Source of the DNA: an uncultured Solibacteraceae bacterium
Lineage (GTDB): Bacteria; Acidobacteriota; Vicinamibacteria; Vicinamibacterales; SCN-69-37
Direction of reading: 5' to 3'
NCBI GenBank assembly: GCA_964471115.1
Contig: CAYYFE010000002.1
Location: forward strand, 136,388-200,387
Length of the DNA stretch: 64,000 nucleotides
The position numbers were made by a program, and so were the translations under genes. Positions 34,459 to 41,674 of the stretch are shown piece after piece (positions within the stretch are counted from its first letter, which is position 1; each line of letters opens with the position of its first letter). The notes beneath the pieces are model-generated. The model was given only the letters and a program-made list of their open reading frames with translations. It was not told where the DNA came from and did no database searches.

Positions 34459-36177
34459 CTAGGTGCCGAGTCGCTTGAGATCGGTGGTCTGGCTGGTGAT
34501 CGTCTTGAACTGTTCCTGCCATGCCGCAATCCGCTTCTCGATCGCGGCCAGCGCCGTGTCGAGCGGTGTCCAGTCGGGCCCGGGCTTGTTCAGGTAGACC
34601 AGGAAGCGCGACGGCGTCGACGACGGCCGGAGCAGTGACGCGTCGACGACGACGTTGGTCCGCGGTTCGTAGCCTGGCCCCGCCAGATCGAGCTTGAGTC
34701 CGGCGCGCAACGTCTCGACCGGGAACGTGCCGGCCATCTGCAGGCCGCTGTTGAAGTCGCGTTCCCCTTGCGCGTTGGTCGCGGCCCCGTACAGCCAGTC
34801 GCCGGCCAGTGTGTAGAAGTCGACGCCGATGTCCTTCAGGGGAAGATTCGATCGCCCGTCTCGGACCTCCACGATGATGTTGAGGCGTCCCGCCGGATCG
34901 GCGCCGGCGTCACCCGGCTGCATGATGAGGGTGCCCGATGCCGACGCGTCGGTATAGATGACCCCACGCACGACCTTCAGCGCCGACGTCAGACGGTTGT
35001 AGCCGGCCGCTTCGGCGACGACCGTGACCGAGTCGGCGTCGCCCAGCGGCGTTCTGATCTCGACGCGGCCGCGTTCGTCGGTGTTCATGCTGCGGCCGCC
35101 CACCGTGACACGCGCCCCTGGAAGCGGTTGGTTCCCCTTGTCGCCGGCCAGCACGACGACGGTCACCGGATCGCCGCGCGGGGCCGGCGCGCGCGGTTTC
35201 TCCGTCAGCGAAAACGCCAGCGATTCGCGGATCGTGCCGTGTTTGATCTCGACCGTGGCTCTGTGCGTGTCGTAGAAATCCTGCGTCACTTCAACGCTGA
35301 ATTTCCCGAATTCGTTGACGACCAGCGACGCCTGACCCGACGTGTTGGTGTACACGCCATAGACGCCCGACGTGATGCCGCGCTGACCCGTCAACCAGAT
35401 TCGCGCGTCGGGCACGGGCTCTCCAGCCGGACCACCGGTGACCGTGACCAGAATCTCCACCTGCGTCCGGCCCAGCCGTCGCCGCATGGTGATCGGCACA
35501 TCCAGCTGTTTCCCCATGTCCCGGTCGGTCATCGCGACGCGACGTTCACCGCGGTCGTACCCTTCGCGATCGGCACGGACCAGCCGGGTGGAGTCGAGAA
35601 AGGAGACGGGAATCACCTGGCATCCGTCGGACCCCGTCGTGCCTGACTTTTCCCCTCCACGGGTCATCGATCCCACCTCGAGGCGGGCTCCCGCCACCGG
35701 CGTCCCTTCATCGTCCTTCGCGCAGATGTTCAGGCGGATGGCGCTATTTTCGCCGCGGTCGTTGAGGGAGCCCGGCTTGAACAGCACCGGCACGTGCACT
35801 TCGGCCGTGTCCTTGTCGACCGTGAACTGGATCGACTCCGCCCGATAGGACTCGTGTGTCAGTTCGACGTAGAACGACTCGCCCGGGCGAGTCCGCAGCG
35901 TGAGTTCGAGGTCGCCCGTGGAGTTGGTGTCCCCCTGGTAGTCGGGCGGGGTCACCGACGGGAGTGCGGGCCGGCCACGCCACACGTTGACGCGGGCGCC
36001 GTACACCGGGGCGCGCGCCCGGTCGTCGACCTTCGCGGACACGGTGAGTGTCACGGCCATCGGGGCCTGGGTTGCGCCCCGGCCCTGAGCCCCGAGCCAG
36101 GTGCCCGTCAGGAACAGGGCGGCCAGGGCGGCCGCGGTCAGCGGGCGTCGGGGAATTCGTCCGTGTGGGTGAGCCAT
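34459..36177 (-). CDS. Secreted protein with about 5 carboxypeptidase-regulatory-like (Ig-fold) repeats
   Basis: The signal peptide is MAHPHGRIPRRPLTAAALAALFLTGTWLGAQG. Repeats are of the type VSAKVDDRARAPVYGARVNVW, ICAKDDEGTPVAGARLEVGS, VTVTGGPAGEPVPDARIWLTG, VVVLAGDKGNQPLPGARVTVGG and IIVEVRDGRSNLPLKDIGVDFY. Confidence 0.7.
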   Translation of the reverse strand: MAHPHGRIPRRPLTAAALAALFLTGTWLGAQGRGATQAPMAVTLTVSAKVDDRARAPVYGARVNVWRGRPALPSVTPPDYQGDTNSTGDLELTLRTRPGESFYVELTHESYRAESIQFTVDKDTAEVHVPVLFKPGSLNDRGENSAIRLNICAKDDEGTPVAGARLEVGSMTRGGEKSGTTGSDGCQVIPVSFLDSTRLVRADREGYDRGERRVAMTDRDMGKQLDVPITMRRRLGRTQVEILVTVTGGPAGEPVPDARIWLTGQRGITSGVYGVYTNTSGQASLVVNEFGKFSVEVTQDFYDTHRATVEIKHGTIRESLAFSLTEKPRAPAPRGDPVTVVVLAGDKGNQPLPGARVTVGGRSMNTDERGRVEIRTPLGDADSVTVVAEAAGYNRLTSALKVVRGVIYTDASASGTLIMQPGDAGADPAGRLNIIVEVRDGRSNLPLKDIGVDFYTLAGDWLYGAATNAQGERDFNSGLQMAGTFPVETLRAGLKLDLAGPGYEPRTNVVVDASLLRPSSTPSRFLVYLNKPGPDWTPLDTALAAIEKRIAAWQEQFKTITSQTTDLKRLGT

Positions 36178-36223
36178 GGGTGTCCGGATAGCCCAGATGG
36201 CGCGCCGATGTCCTGATAAAATC

Positions 36224-36234
36224 CCGAAATTCGG
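36224..36234. promoter_or_regulatory. Palindrome CCGAA-A-TTCGG in the 65-bp divergent intergenic region
   Basis: This is the only AT-containing palindrome between the starts at 36177 (-) and 36243 (+). It is a candidate operator for the adjacent winged-helix regulator. Confidence 0.25.
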
Positions 36235-36242
36235 CTGAAATC

Positions 36243-38120
36243 ATGTCGGCTGATGCTGGACAGCGTCGGTTTCGCGTCGGGGCCGTGGAAATCGACCCCG
36301 GTCGAGGCGAAGTCCGTCGAGAGGGACGCGACGTCCCCCTGCGGGCCCAGTCGTTCCAGGTGCTGGTCTACCTGATCGAACACCGGGACCGGCTCGTCGG
36401 CAAGGACGAACTCCACGAGCAGATCTGGCACGGCGTGTCGGTGGGTGACGACGCGATTACCCAGTGTGTGGCGGACGTTCGACGCGCGCTGGGTGATGAA
36501 GTGAAGGCGCCGCGTTACATCCGCACGGTGCCCAAGCGAGGGTATCGGTTCGTCGCACCCGTCGAGGTGCTGGACGCACCGGGGCCCGTCGTCGCGGCTG
36601 GCGCGCAGGTGGCCGCGCCGGTTGTCCCGCGCGGGCGTATGCTGACGGCGGTGGCCCTCGCGACCGCGATGGTCCTCTTGGCGCTGGCGACGGGATCCAG
36701 CAGGCCGACGGCGGCGTCGCTCACCGAGGATCTCGAGGCGTTCCGCCACTACCTCGAAGGACTTGAACACAGCGAGGCGTTTCGAACGGCTGAGGCGATT
36801 GCCGCGTTCGAGCGCGCGATTGCGAAAGATCCCGAGTTCGCCATGGCGCACGCGCGGATCGGGCACGCGTACGCGGTTCGGCACGCGCAGTTGGATCTGG
36901 CGAAGCCGCACCTGGTCAAGGCGCTCGCCCTGCCCGAGCGCCTGAGCACCCGCGAGCGGCTGCGTGTCACGGCGTGGCTGGCGATTGCCAATCAGCGCTA
37001 CGACGAGGCCATCGCGGCCAGCCGCGCCTTGTTCGAGCGGGACGACACCGACCCGGAGGTGGCGGTGCAACTCATCACACTGCTGCACGGCGAAGGCCGG
37101 ATCGAAGAGGCGCTCGGGATTGCGCAGCGGGCATCGGCCACCGCGCCGGCCAGTGGCGCGGTCCTGAACGTCCTGGGCCTGAGTCACTCGTTGCTCGGCC
37201 GGCATGACGACGCCGTGGCGGCGCAGCAACGCCAGGTGGCGCTCGCCCCGGCCAGCGCCAATGCGCTCGACAGCCTTGGGTTGGCGTTGCAGTGGGCCGG
37301 CCGGTACGAGGAGGCGCTCGAGAGTTACCAGCGCGCGCTCGATCTCGATGCGGGCTTCGAGGTGGCGTGGTTCCATCGCGGCAACACGCTCGCGCAAGTG
37401 GGCCGTTACCGGGACGCGCGCGAGGCGTTCGAGCGCGCCGTGGCCGTGGCGGAGCACGACGCCGATCGCGCCCGCGGCCTGACCCTGGTCGGATTGGTTG
37501 AACTCGCGAGACGGGATCTGGCGGCGGCCGAGGGCGCCTTCGCGCGGGCCCGGGCGCTGACGGGTCGAACGCCGCCGGAGGCGGCGTTGCTCGCCGACGT
37601 CGGGGGAGATCGCACGGCGGCGATGGCCGTTGCGCGAGCCTCGGTCGGCCGCGGCGCGAACCGGGGTGCGGGGGCGACGCGCCGGTTCAACAGCTACCTG
37701 CGCGCGCGACTGGCGGAATTCGAAGGGCGTCCCGACGAACTCGTCGTCCAGCTCAGAGCGGCCTTGAGTCACCCGCCGCCGATCTTCGCGTTTGACACGT
37801 TCGAAGATGCGCTCGGCCAGGCCTACCTGCGAGTGGGACGCGTGCCGGAAGCGATCGCGGAATTCGAGCGCGTCCTCCGTCTCAATCCGCGGTACGCCTC
37901 CGCGAGGCTGGGTCTGGCGCAGGCGAGGGAACGTGCCAGCGAACCGGCGGCCGCACGGCAGGAGTACGCTGCGTTTCTCCAGATCTGGCGCGGGGCCGAT
38001 GCCGACGCTCCGGCGCTGCTCGAGGCTCGTCGTCGGCTCGATGCGTTGTCAGAGCGGGCAGGAACCAGGACCGGTGAACGTTCCGCAGGGCCAGTCAGCG
38101 GCCGCCGCGGATCTGTCTGA
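36243..38120 (+). CDS. ToxR/CadC-like membrane-anchored transcriptional regulator with TPR repeats
   Basis: The N-terminus is an OmpR/PhoB-type winged helix (FRVGAVEIDPGRGEVRREGRDVPLRAQSFQVLVYLIEHRDRLVGKDELHEQIW...PKRGYRFVAPV). One TM helix follows (MLTAVALATAMVLLALA), then multiple TPR-like repeats. Confidence 0.8.
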   Translation: MSADAGQRRFRVGAVEIDPGRGEVRREGRDVPLRAQSFQVLVYLIEHRDRLVGKDELHEQIWHGVSVGDDAITQCVADVRRALGDEVKAPRYIRTVPKRGYRFVAPVEVLDAPGPVVAAGAQVAAPVVPRGRMLTAVALATAMVLLALATGSSRPTAASLTEDLEAFRHYLEGLEHSEAFRTAEAIAAFERAIAKDPEFAMAHARIGHAYAVRHAQLDLAKPHLVKALALPERLSTRERLRVTAWLAIANQRYDEAIAASRALFERDDTDPEVAVQLITLLHGEGRIEEALGIAQRASATAPASGAVLNVLGLSHSLLGRHDDAVAAQQRQVALAPASANALDSLGLALQWAGRYEEALESYQRALDLDAGFEVAWFHRGNTLAQVGRYRDAREAFERAVAVAEHDADRARGLTLVGLVELARRDLAAAEGAFARARALTGRTPPEAALLADVGGDRTAAMAVARASVGRGANRGAGATRRFNSYLRARLAEFEGRPDELVVQLRAALSHPPPIFAFDTFEDALGQAYLRVGRVPEAIAEFERVLRLNPRYASARLGLAQARERASEPAAARQEYAAFLQIWRGADADAPALLEARRRLDALSERAGTRTGERSAGPVSGRRGSV

Positions 38121-39060
38121 TGGCGTCTTCGATCGCCTGCCGGCTGGCTCCGTCGGTTTCCGTCTTCAGTGCGGACTCGAGCGGCCGGAGGGCCCGCTCG
38201 TCCTTCAGCCGGCCCAGCGAGGACGCGGCGGCCCACCGCACCGGCGGCGTCACGTCGCGGAGCGCGGCGATGAGCGCCGGCACATCGCGGCGGTCGCCGA
38301 CGACACCCAGCCGTTCCACCGCCCGCATGCGAACGTAGGTGTCCGCGTCGCCGATCAGCAGACGGAGGCGATCGCGCACGTCCGGCGGCCGCAAGGCCGC
38401 CAGGTGACTGACCGCCTCCATCCGCTGCTGCGGGTTCGAGCCTGCGAGGACCTGCTCGACCAGCGGCAGCGCGCGCAGATCCCGCCGTCCGACCAGTGTC
38501 TCCATCACCCCGCGCCGCACATGCTCCGAGGGATCGTCGCGTCGCGCGGCCACGGCATCGGCAGCGCCCGGGACCGTCGTGGTGACCAGCATGGCCTGCG
38601 CCGCCTGGCTGGCCGGCCCACCCAACGCCGCGACGAGCGGTGGGATGATCCGCGGGTCGTCCATCTGGCCAAGCACCTCGACGAGGTGGACGGCACCCGC
38701 GGGGTCCCGCAACCCGTCGATCAGTGCCGGAATCGCCACTGGTCCGATCTTCAGCACCGCGAGCTTCGCGGCGTCGATGGCCTCCTGGTACCCAGGCGCC
38801 GGCGACATGACGTCACCGCCAACACGTGCGAATGGCTGCCGCAGCACACCGATGAGCGCGGGCACCGCGGGTGCGGCCGCGGGTCCGAACGTCGCCAGGC
38901 GGTCGGCGGCGCTTCGTTGACGTGTGTAGTCCCCGGCACGTTGCAACTCGACAATCGCGGCCTGCACCTGGCTGCTCACGTCGGTCGATTGCCACACAAG
39001 CCCCAGGCACGCCCAAAGGAGGCCCGTCACGAGATTCACGGCCATGGCTTGAGTATGCAC
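38095..39060 (-). CDS. HEAT-repeat protein with N-terminal hydrophobic anchor
   Basis: 321 aa with repeated units such as AVPALIGVLRQP, AIPALIDGLRDP, IPPLVAALGGP, DVPALIAALRDVTPPVRWAAASSLGRL. Confidence 0.7.
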   Translation of the reverse strand: MHTQAMAVNLVTGLLWACLGLVWQSTDVSSQVQAAIVELQRAGDYTRQRSAADRLATFGPAAAPAVPALIGVLRQPFARVGGDVMSPAPGYQEAIDAAKLAVLKIGPVAIPALIDGLRDPAGAVHLVEVLGQMDDPRIIPPLVAALGGPASQAAQAMLVTTTVPGAADAVAARRDDPSEHVRRGVMETLVGRRDLRALPLVEQVLAGSNPQQRMEAVSHLAALRPPDVRDRLRLLIGDADTYVRMRAVERLGVVGDRRDVPALIAALRDVTPPVRWAAASSLGRLKDERALRPLESALKTETDGASRQAIEDAIRQIRGGR

Positions 39061-39127
39061 CTGTCGCGCCGAGCAGCCCGTGCAGGACGCCCAGTGGGAC
39101 CTCGGACCCAGTCGCTTCGCGCCGTCG

Positions 39128-40162
39128 TCAGTGTCCGCGCTGGAGGTAGGTGAACCAGGTGGCCGCCGACAGCACCAGCACCGCGCCGGCCTGGTGGGCC
39201 ACGCCCAGGATCACGGGCACGCCGTGGATCACCGTGAACGCGCCGAGCGTGATCTGCAGCACCAGCGTCGCGCCCAGCAGCCCGGCCGCCGTGCGCAGCA
39301 GCGGCGGCGTGCCCGGGCGCCGGGCCGCCGCCAGGATGGCCAGGACCACCGCGGTGAAGATCCAGGCGCCCATCCGGTGGTGCCACTGCACGGCGGTCAT
39401 GTTCTCAAAGAGGTTCCGCCACCAGGGCTCGAGCGCGTACAGCCCGGGCGGAATGAAGTCGCCGTCCATGAGCGGGAACGTGCGGAAGACCTTGCCCGCC
39501 CGCAGGCCGGCCACCAGCCCGCCGGTGACCACCATGTACGCGGCGACCACCAACGCCAGTCGCGCGCCGCGGCGCAGCGGCGGCGCCGGGGCGCCGGCCG
39601 ACACGGTCGCCGGGGCCTCCGGCCGCAGCACTTCGAACACGGTCCACAGCAGCAGCACGAAGATCACGAGCGCGAGTGAGAGATGCGCGGTCAGGCGGAT
39701 GGGACTGACCATGGGCACGTCCTGCAATCCGCTCTGCACCATGAACCAGCCGAGCGCGCCCTGCAGGCCACCGAGCACGAAGATGCCCGCCAGCCGCCAG
39801 GCCAGCCGGCGCGGCAACGCTCCCCGCGCGAGGAACCAGAGGTACGGCACCAGCACCACCACGCCGATCAGGCGGCCGACCACGCGGTGCCAGAACTCCC
39901 ACCAGTAGATGCCCTTGAACTCGTCGAGCGACATCCCGCGGTTGACCAGTCGATACTCGGGCGTCTGCCGGTAGGCCTCAAACGCCGTCGTCCACGCCTC
40001 GTCGGACATCGGCGGGACGATGCCGCTCAGCGGTTTCCACTCGGTGATCGAGAGCCCCGAGCGGGTGAGACGTGTGGCGCCGCCCACGACCAGCGTGAGG
40101 GCCACCATGCCGCAGCAGGCCAGCAGCCACAGGCCGATGGCCCGGCGCACCTGCGGCGTCAT
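39128..40162 (-). CDS. ctaA: Heme A synthase (COX15/CtaA family)
   Basis: The start at MTPQVRRAIGLWLL overlaps the sco stop (ATGA). The segment GGATRLTRSGLSITEWKPLSGIVPPMSDEAWTTAFEAYRQTPEYRLVNRGMSLDEFKGIYWWEFWHR is highly characteristic of COX15. Confidence 0.85.
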   Translation of the reverse strand: MTPQVRRAIGLWLLACCGMVALTLVVGGATRLTRSGLSITEWKPLSGIVPPMSDEAWTTAFEAYRQTPEYRLVNRGMSLDEFKGIYWWEFWHRVVGRLIGVVVLVPYLWFLARGALPRRLAWRLAGIFVLGGLQGALGWFMVQSGLQDVPMVSPIRLTAHLSLALVIFVLLLWTVFEVLRPEAPATVSAGAPAPPLRRGARLALVVAAYMVVTGGLVAGLRAGKVFRTFPLMDGDFIPPGLYALEPWWRNLFENMTAVQWHHRMGAWIFTAVVLAILAAARRPGTPPLLRTAAGLLGATLVLQITLGAFTVIHGVPVILGVAHQAGAVLVLSAATWFTYLQRGH

Positions 40163-41037
40163 CGCGTCACCTGCGCGCGGATGAGGTCCATGACCTCTTC
40201 GAGTTTCCACGCGTTGCCCCGGAACAGGCCCGCCACCCGCCCGTCGGGTCCAATCACGACGGTCGCCAGCGTGTGGTCGAGAATGGCGTCGGAGGGCCGC
40301 ACGACCACCGTGAACGCGGCGGTCAACGCGTCAATCTCCTCGGCCGGCCCGGTGACCAGCCGGAATCGCGAGAAGTCGGCCTCCTTCGCGCGGCCGTACG
40401 CCTCGAGGATCTCAGGGGTATCAAAGGCCGGGTCGAGCGTAATCGCCATCAGCCGCGTGCGCGCGCTCAGCGCGGGGTCGGCAGCGGTGGCGCGCTGGAT
40501 GTCGATCAGCCGCTTCATGATCAGCGGACAGAACTCCGGCAGCGGGCACCGGGTGAAGATGAAGCTCACAACCGTGGTGACGCCCTGCAGGTCGGCTTCG
40601 GTGACGGCTGCGCCCGACTGATCGATCAGCCGGAACGGCGGCACCAGATCGCCCTCGCTCAGCCGGACGGCCTGCTCGGCGGCCTGCGCCGCCAGCAGCC
40701 GCAGCCCCACCGGATCCCGCCCCGTCACCGCGACATCGTCGATCCGCGACGTGTCCTGGCCCACCACAAGTGTGAACGTCACCCGGTCGCCGGGCGTGAG
40801 TTGCGCGACGGCCTCCGGCGTGGCCGCCGTGAAGGGCATGGTCATGGCCGGCATGAACCCCGGAATGTCGTCGTGCGCGATCACGACGGTGGCGCCATCG
40901 GGCGGCGCCGTCACCAGGCCGCTCACCGCGTATCGAAGCGAGGCGTCGGCGGGCGCAGCCGCGCGTTGCCAGAGCGTCGCACCCGTCACACCAACGATGA
41001 GCACCAGGAGACCGAGGACCAGGGACCGCGTGGTCAT
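40159..41037 (-). CDS. SCO1/SenC-family copper chaperone fused to an N-terminal CusF-like Met-rich domain
   Basis: This is the C-terminal 292 aa of track ORF 40159..41772, starting at MTTRSLVLGLLVLIVG. A CusF-like motif is present (HDDIPGFMPAMTMPF). A thioredoxin-like Sco domain follows, with C-x3-C (TRCPLPEFCP) and the downstream His (LDHT). Confidence 0.85.
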   Translation of the reverse strand: MTTRSLVLGLLVLIVGVTGATLWQRAAAPADASLRYAVSGLVTAPPDGATVVIAHDDIPGFMPAMTMPFTAATPEAVAQLTPGDRVTFTLVVGQDTSRIDDVAVTGRDPVGLRLLAAQAAEQAVRLSEGDLVPPFRLIDQSGAAVTEADLQGVTTVVSFIFTRCPLPEFCPLIMKRLIDIQRATAADPALSARTRLMAITLDPAFDTPEILEAYGRAKEADFSRFRLVTGPAEEIDALTAAFTVVVRPSDAILDHTLATVVIGPDGRVAGLFRGNAWKLEEVMDLIRAQVTR

Positions 41038-41078
41038 GATCGCTATTATGGCGCGTCCCCAGAACCCCTCGGCCGATG

Positions 41079-41092
41079 TTGCGCTGGCGCAA
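41079..41092. promoter_or_regulatory. Crp/Fnr-type box TTGCGC-TG-GCGCAA (NnrR/Dnr-like TTGCG-N4-CGCAA)
   Basis: A perfect 14-bp palindrome lies in the 102-bp divergent region between sco (start 41037) and azurin (start 41140), centred about 55 bp upstream of the azurin ATG. Confidence 0.4.
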
Positions 41093-41139
41093 CGACGGGT
41101 GAACACCGGTGGGCCAGACTGGGCGCGAAAGGACTGGTT

Positions 41140-41646
41140 ATGCGACTGATGAGACACAACGTGATGGGTGTGGTTCTGGCGGTGGGCGTGCTGGCGGCGG
41201 GCTGCGGGCAGTCCGAGCCGGCGCCGGCTACGCCGGCACCGGCCGCGGCTCCGGCGGCGCATGACGGCCGGCCGATCGCCATCGAGGCCAACGACACGAT
41301 CAAGTTCAACGTCACGGAAATTCGCGCGACACCCGGCGAACGGCTGAGCGTCACGCTGGTCAACGTCGGCAGCATGCCGAAGTTCTCGATGGGCCACAAC
41401 TTTGCGCTGCTGGCCGGGGGCACCGACGTCAAGGCGTTCATCAAGGTGGCGGCCGAAGCGCCGACCACCGACTACATTCCGGCGTCGATGAGCAGCGCCG
41501 TGCTGGCGCATACCAAGCTGCTGGGCCCCGGCGAACGCGACACCGTCACGTTCACCGCGCCCACGGCGCCGGGCCGCTACGAGTTTCTGTGTTCGTTTCC
41601 CGGGCACTACCAGGTCGGCATGAAGGGTGTGCTGATCGTGGAGTGA
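41140..41646 (+). CDS. azu: Azurin (type-1 blue copper protein), exported, possibly lipid-anchored
   Basis: The sequence is MRLMRHNVMGVVLAVGVLAAGCGQ...MGHNFALL...AHTKLLGPGERDTVTF...YEFLCSFPGHYQVGMKGVLIVE. The Cu ligand pattern G-H...C-x-F-P-G-H-x3-M aligns with Pseudomonas azurin as I recall it. Confidence 0.85.
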   Translation: MRLMRHNVMGVVLAVGVLAAGCGQSEPAPATPAPAAAPAAHDGRPIAIEANDTIKFNVTEIRATPGERLSVTLVNVGSMPKFSMGHNFALLAGGTDVKAFIKVAAEAPTTDYIPASMSSAVLAHTKLLGPGERDTVTFTAPTAPGRYEFLCSFPGHYQVGMKGVLIVE

Positions 41647-41674
41647 GGGCCCGGACTTGCTGGAGGGATGACCG

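Noticed and set aside
34459-34461. Pyrrolysine or other programmed recoding of the in-frame TAG
   Set aside because: No pyl genes or recognisable recoding signal are present in the window. A nonsense mutation, a sequencing error or two genuinely separate genes are simpler explanations. I kept it as a finding but made no recoding claim.
36138-37772. 544-aa minus-strand ORF
   Set aside because: It is antisense to the ToxR-like/TPR regulator. Its composition is Arg/Pro/Gly-rich and low-complexity, and it has no recognisable motifs.
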